DNA of 64,000 nt from Verrucomicrobiota bacterium (GTDB lineage Bacteria > Verrucomicrobiota > Verrucomicrobiia > Limisphaerales > UBA11358): positions 8,865 to 72,864 of the forward strand of contig JBEKTH010000010.1 of the NCBI GenBank assembly GCA_049516255.1, given 5' to 3'. A program made the position numbers and the translations under genes. Below are positions 20,394 to 29,931 of the stretch, one piece after another (position 1 is the first letter of the stretch; each line of letters starts with the position of its first letter). Under the pieces are notes generated by a model. The model was not told the origin of the DNA, ran no database searches, and was given only the letters and a program-made list of their open reading frames with translations.

Positions 20394-21272
20394 ATGGCCC
20401 ATTTAAAACCGCTAAAATTAAAGCCGCGATTACGATCGGGATTTACGTTGATTGAATTGCTGGTGGTGATTGCCATCATCGCCATTTTGGCGGCCTTGTT
20501 GCTGCCGGCGCTGGCCAACGCGAAGCTGAAGGCGCAGTCCATTTTAGACACATCGAACCTCCGGCAATGGGGACTGGGCTTTCACATGTACGCCAATGAC
20601 CACAACGACAGCATGCCGCCGGGTTGGTATGATCCGAATGGGATGTGGATGGTGGTTTTGCAACCGTATCTCCCCGGGGTTACCAACGGCTCCGGCATGG
20701 GTGGGAAGATGTGTTTCTGCCCGGCCGCCACCAAAACGCGGGACTCACTTGCGAATTTTTGGGTTACCTCCGGCACCACTGCTCTGGCCTGGGGTATAAT
20801 GGGGACAAATGGTTATCCGGTTGGTTCGTCCTCCACACCCGTTGGCGGGACATCGGTTTGGGGCCGTCCGGGGATGGGCGGCAGTTATGGATTCAACGGC
20901 TGGATGGCCAATCCTCCGGTGGCGGATATGGCGGTTGATCCTGCGGCGACCGGGTATTGGAGGACCTTGACCGCGGCCAGCAGATTCTCAAAGGCTCCAT
21001 TATTTGCCGATTGCGTGTGGCAGGGGGCCAACCCGCTGCCAACCGATCAGCCGCCCAATTTTCCAGGCGACAGTCCTGTGGGCGCGCTCATGGGGGCTTT
21101 TTGCATACCCAGGCATCCCGTTAATGGTCGAAACCCCATCAATATGACATTCATCGATGGTTCGGTCAGGCCTACGGGGTTGAGACAGCTATGGTATCTG
21201 CCTTGGAGCAGGAATTACGACACGTCGATGATACCCCACATCATGCCGTCCTGGGTTAAATCTTACAACTGA
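20394..21272 (+). CDS. Prepilin-type N-terminal cleavage/methylation domain protein (type II secretion pseudopilin-like, PVC-expanded family)
   Basis: ORF 20247 (TTG)..21272 trimmed to ATG 20394. Motif [34 protein letters not shown] is the class III signal peptide. C-terminal ...[21 protein letters not shown] resembles the H-Xn-DG tail of this family. Confidence 0.8.
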   Translation: MAHLKPLKLKPRLRSGFTLIELLVVIAIIAILAALLLPALANAKLKAQSILDTSNLRQWGLGFHMYANDHNDSMPPGWYDPNGMWMVVLQPYLPGVTNGSGMGGKMCFCPAATKTRDSLANFWVTSGTTALAWGIMGTNGYPVGSSSTPVGGTSVWGRPGMGGSYGFNGWMANPPVADMAVDPAATGYWRTLTAASRFSKAPLFADCVWQGANPLPTDQPPNFPGDSPVGALMGAFCIPRHPVNGRNPINMTFIDGSVRPTGLRQLWYLPWSRNYDTSMIPHIMPSWVKSYN

Positions 21273-21356
21273 TCAAAGTGATGACCAGCTGGCTTCCCGG
21301 CGTTGACAATTTTATTTATTTTACAAAGTGGATGAACCAAACAAACCCATAAAACC

Positions 21357-24077
21357 ATGAAAAAAATACTAACCTTGGCGGTTATCGGCGGCGTTCTTTT
21401 GAGCGCGGTACCGTTCGCATCGGCGGTGACAGTTTACACCGAAAATTGGGGCACAGGCAACAGTGGCGTTACGGGGAACGGCAATATCAATACGGTTGGG
21501 TGGACGGCGATTGCCGCATCTCAGAGTGCGGGACCCTATGTCGGCATCTACACGGCCACGGGCGCGAACGACCCCACGCTCGGTCTGGCATTGCCCGCTA
21601 ACACGGTTTATTTCACAGGCTTTCAAAGCACCAACCTGCCCGGCATGTTTTATACCACCGACACGTTAGGCCAGGGAATCGGCGGCAATTCCAGTTTCAG
21701 CGATATCAATCCGACACTTTACACGAATCTGACATTTAACGTCGAAGTCCGCGGCGCGGCAACGGACACCAACTACTTTGCCGTTCAGATAGGAGGACAA
21801 TGGTACGTTGCCACATCTTATCAGTTGCCCGGCTCCAGCGGCGTCGGGTATCCGCAGTTTACCAATGATTTCCTGGTTTATACCAACCCGGCAAATGTCT
21901 GGCAAAGCCTGACCATAAACGGCACCACCAATGTAACGATCGGTTCTGTGGCCTCTCCCAGTTTGACTGCAACCATCACCGGCATTGGCATCGTTGAACT
22001 TCCCACCGGTGGCGGATTCAATTACAACGAGCTCATCATCAATCAAGGACCGGGCGATTTCCCGCAGATCGCGCCGACCAATACCGCGCCGGCAGTATCG
22101 CCGCAGTACGTGTACGTTGGCGGCGGGGCCGCATTTGTATCCACCTTTGCCGGTCCACTGTTGGTCTACCAATGGCAGACCAATGGCGTGAATATAAGCG
22201 GGGGAAGATACCTTGGCACAGCCGGTCCGACGATGACCATCACCAATTGCAACCTCAGCGATGCGGGTTCCTTCTACATGGTGGTCGTCACGAACAAATT
22301 TGGCAGTGCCACAAACAGCGGTCTGCAGTTAATCGTCAGCAATGTGCCGCCAGGTCTTTTGTATGCTGAGAATTTCCCTTATCTTGGACCTAACGGCAAC
22401 TACCCCATCACCGGTGTCGGCTGGGTCGTCGCGGCGCCGGCAAACACAAGTGTGGGGATTTACCAGGTTGGGGGTGGTCTAGGCGACGCCTTTTCATATT
22501 CTCCCACCGCCACCACCAACGCGTATTACACGACGGATACCAATGAGATCGGAATCTCCGGACTGCCGTTTGTGGACATAAACCCCGCCAGTTATCCCTA
22601 TGTAACTTTCCAGGCCGGGTTTGTCCCGGGGAATGCCGCCGGCCAGGTTTCCGGAGCCATTTCTGTCTACTGGGCGGTCGAGATGACCAATGGATGGTAT
22701 TGCTCGGCGCAACCGCAAGCGATAGATCTCTCGGCGTTAAGCCCTTATCAAACCTATCAATATGGATTTAACTCCGCGGCGAGCAACTGGAACAATCTCA
22801 CCATTACCAGCAGCAATGCGGTGATCGGCGCCGTAGCCTCAAGCCCCTTGACAGGAAATATCATTGGTGCCGGCCTGGTGGTTGCTCACAATACCGGGAG
22901 CGGTTCGGACATGAATTTCCAGAATTTCGAAATCATTACCAACCAGGCTGTGGGAACGCTGCCAAATATTGGCGTGACCGGACACCCCCTCGATGTCAGC
23001 GTCGCTTCGGGAGGCGGTGCCAGCTTTGGCGTTTCCGCCACTGGATCAGCCCCCTTCACGTATGGTTGGACGACCAACGGTGTCACCGTTTCCAATGGAG
23101 GCAGGGTTTCGGGTGCGACCACCCCGACATTGACCATAGCAAATCTGAATAACAACGACAACGGCCTGCAGATTATCGCTTATGTCACCAACTCTGCCGG
23201 TGTCGACAACAGCAGCACGGGGAATGGTGTCACTGATCCCGGTTATGGCGCCACCACCTTGACGGTAACCAACCCTCCCGTTGGCTTCGTTTATTCAGAA
23301 GTGTTTCCTTTTGTCGGACCCACGGTGGCCAACTATCCCATCAGCGGTGTCGGATGGGTGGAAGCGGTTCCGAGCACTCCCAATGCCCTCTTCCAGGCGG
23401 CGGCCCAGACCAGTGCAGGAGCGGTTTTTGCCTACCTCGGAAATGCGGGCACGACGGTGTATTACGCGACCACGGCCACCGACACCAACCAGTCGGGATT
23501 GCCGTTTCCGAATGTCGACCTGGCGGCTTATCCGAGCTTGAACTTTTCAGTGGACATCGCGCCAAATTCGGCGACCGCCAGCAACGTCACCGCATATCTT
23601 GCGGTACAACTTAATGGCACCAACTGGTATGTTGCCGCGAACGCCTTGCTGGGGCCAAACGCCGCTTCGAACTCTGTGTACTCCACGTACACATCGCCCT
23701 TTAATCCCGCCGCGGCCAATTGGAAGAACCTGACTGTGACCAGTTCCGGTGGAATTATCGGATCAACGGCAACCAGCAACTTGAGCGGGGTGATGACGGG
23801 AGCGGGTCTGGTATTTGTCACCACTGGGACCGGAGGGACCTTTAATTTCGGCAACTTCGTGATTACGGGAACCGGAGTCGGCGGCATCATCACTGGCCCG
23901 CTTGCGGGTGGAAGCATCAATCTGTCATGGGTGGGGAACCCGGCGGTGAAACTGCAGAGTTCCACCAACCTGGACAGCAGCCTGAATTGGCAGGATGTGC
24001 CCAACACGTATGGGCTCTATTCGCTGCCCGTGTCGGTCACCGGACCCCAGAAGTTTTTCCGGTTGAAGACACCATGA
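21357..24077 (+). CDS. Large secreted surface protein: three repeats of an unassigned ~200-aa module, two Ig-like domains, C-terminal '...FFRL' domain
   Basis: Signal peptide MKKILTLAVIGGVLLSAVPFASA. Modules start near aa 24, 334 and 644 (VYTENWG.., LLYAENFPYLGPNGNYPITGVGW.., FVYSEVFPFVGPTVANYPISGVGW..). Ig/I-set-like segments: YQWQTNGVNISGGRYLG...LSDAGSFYMVVVTNKFGSA and YGWTTNGVTVSNGGRVSGATTPTLTIANL. Confidence 0.7.
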   Translation: MKKILTLAVIGGVLLSAVPFASAVTVYTENWGTGNSGVTGNGNINTVGWTAIAASQSAGPYVGIYTATGANDPTLGLALPANTVYFTGFQSTNLPGMFYTTDTLGQGIGGNSSFSDINPTLYTNLTFNVEVRGAATDTNYFAVQIGGQWYVATSYQLPGSSGVGYPQFTNDFLVYTNPANVWQSLTINGTTNVTIGSVASPSLTATITGIGIVELPTGGGFNYNELIINQGPGDFPQIAPTNTAPAVSPQYVYVGGGAAFVSTFAGPLLVYQWQTNGVNISGGRYLGTAGPTMTITNCNLSDAGSFYMVVVTNKFGSATNSGLQLIVSNVPPGLLYAENFPYLGPNGNYPITGVGWVVAAPANTSVGIYQVGGGLGDAFSYSPTATTNAYYTTDTNEIGISGLPFVDINPASYPYVTFQAGFVPGNAAGQVSGAISVYWAVEMTNGWYCSAQPQAIDLSALSPYQTYQYGFNSAASNWNNLTITSSNAVIGAVASSPLTGNIIGAGLVVAHNTGSGSDMNFQNFEIITNQAVGTLPNIGVTGHPLDVSVASGGGASFGVSATGSAPFTYGWTTNGVTVSNGGRVSGATTPTLTIANLNNNDNGLQIIAYVTNSAGVDNSSTGNGVTDPGYGATTLTVTNPPVGFVYSEVFPFVGPTVANYPISGVGWVEAVPSTPNALFQAAAQTSAGAVFAYLGNAGTTVYYATTATDTNQSGLPFPNVDLAAYPSLNFSVDIAPNSATASNVTAYLAVQLNGTNWYVAANALLGPNAASNSVYSTYTSPFNPAAANWKNLTVTSSGGIIGSTATSNLSGVMTGAGLVFVTTGTGGTFNFGNFVITGTGVGGIITGPLAGGSINLSWVGNPAVKLQSSTNLDSSLNWQDVPNTYGLYSLPVSVTGPQKFFRLKTP

Positions 24078-24127
24078 GTTTAGTCACTGACGTTGTGTCA
24101 ACTTGGGGGATGTAAAGTTGGTGCAAG

Positions 24128-24168
24128 GCTGGAGCTGTTCGCGTTAAAACCGGAATGGCTCCAGCTTT
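24128..24168 (+). terminator. Possible terminator hairpin after the 906-aa gene
   Basis: GCTGGAGC ... GCTCCAGC 8-bp stem followed by TTT, but the loop is 22 nt, so this is weak. Confidence 0.25.
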
Positions 24169-24174
24169 AAGTTA

Positions 24175-25527
24175 ATGTGTTATTGTTTAATCGAAGGCAA
24201 TGTTTTGAGACTGAAATTGACATGTTGGATGTTTATCGTTTCGGTGCTTTTCGTTCCACGGACGCTGCCTGCACAAAATAATTTCATCGCCGGCGCGGAT
24301 CTTTCATTGCTGGCGTATTTTGAAACCAATGGAATCGTCTATAAAAGCAACGGTCTGACCGGGGATGCGATTCAAATCCTGAAAAACCAGGGCATCACCT
24401 GTGTGCGCCTTCGATTATTTACCAGCAGCGCGGCCCAGGCCCAGGCCGATCCCTATGATTACATAAACAATCTCACCTATACTGTTCCACTGGCGGTGCG
24501 GGTCAAAAACGCCGGATTGCAATTCCTGCTCGATTTTCATTACTCGGACACCTGGGCCGACCCGAGCCACCAAGCCACACCTGCCGCGTGGTTGACCAAC
24601 ACCTTCTCCCAGATGGTGCAGCAGATGTACACTTACAACAGTAATGCCGTCGCCACCTTTGCCGCGGCAGGGGCGATGCCGGATTTCGTCCAGATTGGAA
24701 ATGAAATCACGCAAGGCATGTTGTTCACCAACAACGCGGGAGCAACCATCGGACAGGTTTCGGGCAGCTACAACACGTCGTGGTCGCAACTTGGGCAATT
24801 AATGAAAGCAGCGGTTCAGGGCATCCAGGACGCTGCGAATGCTGCCGGCGTGACCATGCCCAAAATTATTGTTCATATCGACCGGGGAGGGGATTGGGCC
24901 ACCACGGAATGGTTCTTTGACAACCTGACCTATCAAGGAGTTCCCTTTGACATCATCGGTGAGAGTTATTATCCGTTCTGGCACGGCCCTTTGAGCAGCC
25001 TGAGCAACTGCCTGACCAATGCCGCACAACGTTATGGCAAGCCGGTGATCGTGGCGGAGACGGACTTCCCCTGGACCTCTTCGACGAACATCTACGGCAT
25101 TCCGGCCACCACCAACGGACAGGTTCAATATGTGGTCGCGCTGGCCCAGGTGGTAAAGAGCGTGCCCAACAACTTGGGAGCCGGAATTTTCTGGTGGGGA
25201 ACGGAATATCAGGTTCCAAATGCAAACGAGGCCGGGTTTGGAACCCGATCGTTCTTCGATGGCAACGGCAACGTGCTGCCGTCGGCGAATGCGTTGGGTC
25301 AAATTGTGGCGCCGACCGATCTCAGCGTCGTCTTGAGTGGTCCGGATTTGATGTTGCAATGGCCATTGAGCGGGGCGGGGATGACCTTGATGACGACCAC
25401 GAATCTGTCGGCGCCAACAGCCTGGTTGTCGGTGACCAATCCCGTTCAAAATACAGGTACGGTGTTTGATGTAACCCTGCCGATGGATTCCACGTTGAGC
25501 CGTTTTTACCGGTTGCAATCGGAATGA
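24175..25527 (+). CDS. Glycoside hydrolase family 53 (arabinogalactan endo-beta-1,4-galactanase) with C-terminal '...FYRL' domain
   Basis: GH53 hallmarks: GADLSLL..., GITCVRLRLF, LLDFHYSDTWADP, acid/base VQIGNEIT, nucleophile region VIVAETDFPW. An alternative TTG start at 24205, preceded by GAAGG, would give a cleaner signal peptide. Confidence 0.85.
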   Translation: MCYCLIEGNVLRLKLTCWMFIVSVLFVPRTLPAQNNFIAGADLSLLAYFETNGIVYKSNGLTGDAIQILKNQGITCVRLRLFTSSAAQAQADPYDYINNLTYTVPLAVRVKNAGLQFLLDFHYSDTWADPSHQATPAAWLTNTFSQMVQQMYTYNSNAVATFAAAGAMPDFVQIGNEITQGMLFTNNAGATIGQVSGSYNTSWSQLGQLMKAAVQGIQDAANAAGVTMPKIIVHIDRGGDWATTEWFFDNLTYQGVPFDIIGESYYPFWHGPLSSLSNCLTNAAQRYGKPVIVAETDFPWTSSTNIYGIPATTNGQVQYVVALAQVVKSVPNNLGAGIFWWGTEYQVPNANEAGFGTRSFFDGNGNVLPSANALGQIVAPTDLSVVLSGPDLMLQWPLSGAGMTLMTTTNLSAPTAWLSVTNPVQNTGTVFDVTLPMDSTLSRFYRLQSE

Positions 25528-25919
25528 CCGGGTGCCAACCCGACGAGCGAGGTGTGCTTTGGCCTGTGAACCGGCAACCCGGATCGGTCAAAAAATCGGG
25601 CAAGGCATTGCTGATTTGGGGATTGACATGGACTGCTGACCTGATTTTTCTGTTTTTTTGTTCTTCTGTTTCCGTGCTCGCTCAGGAATCTTTTCGCGCG
25701 CCCGCCCGCGTTGCGGTCTGAGTTCGGCAAGGTGATTGCTAAATAGCGCGATGTCATATTTTCCAAACAAACCTGAGCCGTTGGGTTTGGGGATGGCCAT
25801 TGGTCTGGCCGCCTTAAAAACCATCCAATTATTGAGTAATTCGGGGTTTTCCGGAACCGGCTCACCCCGGCGTGATGGGATTTATTCCATTTTCCAATGC
25901 GAGCAACCGGTGTTTTAAA

Positions 25920-27398
25920 ATGTCCACCAAGTCCAAAACGCAACCGATCAAGCGCCTGCTCGGACAATACGAGCACGACGGATTTTTCGACGAAATGCTC
26001 GATGCCGAGGGCCAGTTGCGTCCACATTACCGGCAGTTCCGGGAGTTGTTCCAAACCCTGACGACGAGGGAATTCGAACACAAACGCCAGTCGATTGACC
26101 TCGCGTTTTTGCGCCAGGGCATAACGTTCAACGTCTATGGCGATTCAGCGGGCGCGGAGAAGATTTTCCCCTTCGACCTGCTGCCGCGGGTCATTCCGGC
26201 CGGGGAATGGGAGAAGCTCGAACGCGGTCTCGCGCAGCGCATCACGGCGTTGAACCTGTTCCTGCGCGACATTTATCACGAACAGAAAATCCTGCGGGAC
26301 GGCGTCATCCCGCCGTCCTATGTCCTCTCGGGAAAACATTTCCGGCGCGAGTTCGTGAACTTCAATGTGCCGAAGGACATTTACATTCACATTTGCGGCA
26401 CGGATTTGATCCGCGACGACAAGGGCCAATACCTGGTGCTGGAGGACAACGGCCGCTGTCCCAGCGGCGTCAGTTACGTTCTGGAAAATCGCCGGGCGAT
26501 GAAGCGGGCCTTTCCCGCCATGTTCGAGGGCATTGGCGTGCAGCCGGTCGAACATTATCCGCAGGAACTGCTCAAGATGTTGCAACACATCGCGCCCGCC
26601 GGCGTGGCGGACCCGACCATTGTTTTGCTCACGCCCGGCGCCTACAACTCGGCCTACTTTGAGCACACCTATCTCGCCCGGCAGATGGGCATTGAAATTG
26701 TCGAGGGCCGTGATCTGGTGGTGCGCGACGCGCGGGTGTTCATGCGCACGACCAAGGGGCTTCAGCCGGTGCACGTCATTTACCGGCGCATCGACGATGA
26801 TTTCCTCGACCCGACGGTCTTTCGCCGTGATTCGCTGCTGGGCGTGCCGGGCATCGTCCACGCCTATCGCGCCGGCAACGTGTCGCTCGCCAACTCCATC
26901 GGCACGGGCATCGCGGACGACAAGGTCATGTATTATTTTGTGCCGCGCATGATCAAGTATTACCTCGACCAGGAGCCGCTGCTGGCCAACGTGCCGACCT
27001 ATCTGGCCAGCGAAGCAGAAGACAAGAAGTACATTCTTGAACATCTCGACCAGCTGGTGGTCAAGGCGGCCAATGAATCCGGTGGTTACGGCATGTTGAT
27101 GGGGCCGAAGGCGACCAAGGCGGAAATCGCGGCCTTCCGCAAAAAAATCGAGGCCGAACCGCGCAATTACATCGCGCAGCCGATGATTTCACTGTCCCGG
27201 CACCCGACGTGTGTGGAAGACGATAATTATTTTGAAGGCCGGCACATCGACCTGCGGCCCTATATTATTTACGGCGAGAAGATTGCCATCGTGCCCGGCG
27301 GCCTGACGCGCGTGGCATTGCGCAAAGGTTCGCTCGTCGTCAATTCATCACAGGGCGGTGGCAGCAAGGACACCTGGGTTCTGTATGGGGACGAATAA
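25920..27398 (+). CDS. Circularly permuted ATP-grasp type 2 protein (DUF404/DUF407 family), split version
   Basis: ORF 25872..27398 trimmed to ATG 25920 ([14 protein letters not shown]...). It is clearly paralogous to the N-terminal ~480 aa of the 871-aa protein at 37112. Shared blocks include GITFNVYGD, (Y/W)LVLEDN/WWVVSDR, YFEH(T/A)[63 protein letters not shown]. Confidence 0.85.
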   Translation: MSTKSKTQPIKRLLGQYEHDGFFDEMLDAEGQLRPHYRQFRELFQTLTTREFEHKRQSIDLAFLRQGITFNVYGDSAGAEKIFPFDLLPRVIPAGEWEKLERGLAQRITALNLFLRDIYHEQKILRDGVIPPSYVLSGKHFRREFVNFNVPKDIYIHICGTDLIRDDKGQYLVLEDNGRCPSGVSYVLENRRAMKRAFPAMFEGIGVQPVEHYPQELLKMLQHIAPAGVADPTIVLLTPGAYNSAYFEHTYLARQMGIEIVEGRDLVVRDARVFMRTTKGLQPVHVIYRRIDDDFLDPTVFRRDSLLGVPGIVHAYRAGNVSLANSIGTGIADDKVMYYFVPRMIKYYLDQEPLLANVPTYLASEAEDKKYILEHLDQLVVKAANESGGYGMLMGPKATKAEIAAFRKKIEAEPRNYIAQPMISLSRHPTCVEDDNYFEGRHIDLRPYIIYGEKIAIVPGGLTRVALRKGSLVVNSSQGGGSKDTWVLYGDE

Positions 27399-27403
27399 AA
27401 CAA

Positions 27404-27496
27404 TTTACGATATGCGATATGCGATTGACGTGTTCGTTTTGAACAACGACGCGCGAGTTCAATTGGGTCACGTAAATCGTAAATCGTAAATCAAAA
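27404..27496. repeat. Interspersed repeat core (CGATATGCGATTGACG ... (CGTAAAT)x3) ending at the alpha-E start codon
   Basis: It shares the CGATAT.CGATTGACG box and the tandem CGTAAAT heptamers with the internal part of the elements at 49679 and 57812. The 17-mer AATCGTAAATCAAAAAT (27482-27498) recurs at 33559-33575. Confidence 0.6.
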
Positions 27497-28540
27497 ATGT
27501 TAAGCCGTGTTGCCAATTCACTTTACTGGATGTCGCGTTACATCGAACGCGCCGAAAACACCGCGCGCATCGTGGACGTGAATTTACAGATGCTCCTGGA
27601 TCTGAGGAACCTGGATGAGGAGCGCCTGGCGCAACATTGGCTGCCCATCGTCGAGACCACCGGCGACGAAAAGCAGTTTTTCCAGCTCCACAAGAAGGCC
27701 ACCGGCCAGGCCGTCACGGAATTTCTCGTGTTTCAAACGGAGAACCCCAATTCCCTCGTCTCGGCCATCTGTCAGGCGCGCGAAAATGCCCGCATGATCC
27801 GCGACCAGATTACCATTGAGTTCTGGGAGGAGTTGAACCGGCTTTACTGGTTCGTAAAAATGCCGGAAGCGCGGCGGATTTGGAAGGAAAGCCCCAGCGA
27901 GTTCTTCCAGCAGGTCAAAAACAGCTCGTTGCACCTGATTGGCCTCGGTTACGCGACGCTGTTGCGCAACGAAGGCTGGTGGTTTGTGCAGGTGGGAAAA
28001 TTTCTGGAACGGGCCGACAAAACGTCGCGCATTCTCGACTTGCGTTCCGGGGCGTTGCCGGAGAAGGGCGCGCCCGAGGCGGCCGGCCAGCCGGAAACCT
28101 TGGAGTGGTCGGCCATTCTGCATTCCTGCAGCGCCTGGGACGCCTACAAAACGCTGCATGGTGCGGAGGTGCATCCGCGCGGGGTGGTCGAGTTTCTTTT
28201 GTTCAACGATGATTTCCCCAGGTCGGTGCGCTTTTGCGTCGGCCAGTTGAACCACGCGTTGCGCCGCATCTCCGGCGTGCCGGACGGCCGCTTTTGCAAT
28301 GACGCCGAGAAACTGGCCGGGCGGCTGGTCGCGGAATTGCAGTTCAGCACCGTGGATGAAATTTTTGATCAAGGCCTGCATTTTTACCTCGATCAATTGC
28401 AGTCCCGGCTCAACGACATTGGCGCCGCGCTGTTCGACGCTTACATTTTTCAGCAGTTCAACAACCTGGAGGACGAAATCATGGTGCAACAGGAGGAGCA
28501 ACAACAACAGTCCAGAAGCATCCGCAAAAACATTTTATGA
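27497..28540 (+). CDS. Alpha-E domain protein (DUF403), split version
   Basis: N-terminus MLSRVANSLYWMSRYIERAENTARI is typical of alpha-E proteins. It is paralogous to the C-terminal ~320 aa of the 871-aa fusion (LPSRLADNFFWLGRYSERADETARLL). Confidence 0.85.
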   Translation: MLSRVANSLYWMSRYIERAENTARIVDVNLQMLLDLRNLDEERLAQHWLPIVETTGDEKQFFQLHKKATGQAVTEFLVFQTENPNSLVSAICQARENARMIRDQITIEFWEELNRLYWFVKMPEARRIWKESPSEFFQQVKNSSLHLIGLGYATLLRNEGWWFVQVGKFLERADKTSRILDLRSGALPEKGAPEAAGQPETLEWSAILHSCSAWDAYKTLHGAEVHPRGVVEFLLFNDDFPRSVRFCVGQLNHALRRISGVPDGRFCNDAEKLAGRLVAELQFSTVDEIFDQGLHFYLDQLQSRLNDIGAALFDAYIFQQFNNLEDEIMVQQEEQQQQSRSIRKNIL

Positions 28541-29931
28541 AACGCATTGGCATCCTGACCGCCGGCGGCGACACCCCCGCGCTGAACGCCACCATTCACG
28601 GCGCGGTGGTCCGCGCAAACCAGCTCAAGGTCGAAATTGTCGGCCTCATCAAGGGGTTCAACTGCCTGTTCAATCCGCGCGTGCCGCACGTTCATCTCAA
28701 CCCGCTGTTTCAGGAAATTCCCGAGCTCGACCCCACCAAGGGCGGCACGCTCATCGGTTCGTCCCGGGATTATGTCGATCCCGACAATAAAAAGGACCTC
28801 GACATGGTCGAATCGCGGTTGAAAAAACTCGGAATTGAGGGGCTGATCTGCATCGGTGGAGACGGCACCCTTAATGGTCTGCAACCGCTGGCCGAGCGTC
28901 TGCCCGCCGTGCTGGCCCCCAAGACCATTGATAACGATCTGGGGTTGAATTATCCCAGCGAACCCGATGAGTGGGTGCGGGTGAACGACGCCGCAGCCAA
29001 ACGTGGTTATCGCTACAAACAGGTTCCGGCCACCGAGACCTTCGATCTGAATCAGATCGTCAACTACGCCACGCCCGGCTACACCACGGCGGTTTTTGTG
29101 TCCGCAGGCGGTGTGGAGCGAATCCGCACGACGGCGGAAAGCCACCGGCGCATCGCCATCATCGAAGTCATGGGCCGCCATTCCGGGTACATCGCGCTCG
29201 GCACGGCTTATGGCCAGCCGGACATCATTCTCATTCCCGAACATCCGCTCGACCTCGAACACCTCGTCCAGCGCGTCAAACACATTTACGACCTCCAGAA
29301 GAACGTCGTCATTGTCTGCGGCGAAGGCATCGTGGACGAGCAGGGCCGCGAACTGGGCGCGGAAACCAAATCCACCGATCCCTCGGGCAATATTGTGCTC
29401 AGCGGCGCGGCGGACGCGTTGCGCAACAAGCTGGTCCAGATGATCGGCGACCGCTATTTCCAGCTGTATCGCCGCGGCGAATCGGCGAAGGAAGCCATCT
29501 TCACGCGCAAAGTCGGCCATACGCAGCGGGGCGGGCGGCCAATCCTGTTTGACCGGTTTTACGCCGGGTTGCTCGGCGCCAAGGCGGTGGACCTGCTGCT
29601 GGAAGGCCGCAACAATGCCGTTTCCGTTCTACAATACAATTCCGACAAGGGCTTTCACGTGGAGGGCTATGACGCGAACCGCTTCCGGGATCGCTGGGGC
29701 CTCATTCATGCGCGCAAGCTGCATCCGGCGCTGTACGATGCGAAATTGATGAAACCGTCCAAACTGGGCATTGATTATTTGCTGCCGATTTTCACCGACG
29801 CCATCGGCAACGACGACGCCGAGCACATGCGCTCGACGTTGTTTGATCCCGGCAACATTGCGCAGCCGTATCACTCCATCAACACGGACGTGCATAAACG
29901 CATCCGCTACCTGGAAACGGAGGCCGCATGA
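28537..29931 (+). CDS. pfk: 6-phosphofructokinase (phosphoryl-donor specificity ambiguous: ATP or PPi)
   Basis: ATGA overlap with the alpha-E stop. PFK motifs: GILTAGGDTPALNA, CIGGDGTLNG, PKTIDNDL, MGRHSGYIAL, GHTQRGG. Gly in GGDG is ATP-type at the E. coli G104 position. Lys in PKTIDND is PPi-type at the G124 position. The signature is therefore mixed. Confidence 0.88.
   Translation: MKRIGILTAGGDTPALNATIHGAVVRANQLKVEIVGLIKGFNCLFNPRVPHVHLNPLFQEIPELDPTKGGTLIGSSRDYVDPDNKKDLDMVESRLKKLGIEGLICIGGDGTLNGLQPLAERLPAVLAPKTIDNDLGLNYPSEPDEWVRVNDAAAKRGYRYKQVPATETFDLNQIVNYATPGYTTAVFVSAGGVERIRTTAESHRRIAIIEVMGRHSGYIALGTAYGQPDIILIPEHPLDLEHLVQRVKHIYDLQKNVVIVCGEGIVDEQGRELGAETKSTDPSGNIVLSGAADALRNKLVQMIGDRYFQLYRRGESAKEAIFTRKVGHTQRGGRPILFDRFYAGLLGAKAVDLLLEGRNNAVSVLQYNSDKGFHVEGYDANRFRDRWGLIHARKLHPALYDAKLMKPSKLGIDYLLPIFTDAIGNDDAEHMRSTLFDPGNIAQPYHSINTDVHKRIRYLETEAA

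Noticed and set aside
25528-25919. 392-nt intergenic region with a T-rich tract upstream of the ATP-grasp gene, considered as a riboswitch, sRNA or small gene
   Set aside because: I could recognise no conserved riboswitch core, convincing hairpin/terminator pair or plausible small CDS by eye. The ORFs 25524..25721 and 25588..25824 look spurious.
27404-27496. Tandem CGTAAAT heptamers considered as a CRISPR or microsatellite array
   Set aside because: The units are only 7 nt with 3 copies and no spacers. They belong to the interspersed repeat family also seen at 33.55, 49.7 and 57.9 kb. No CRISPR array is present in the window.
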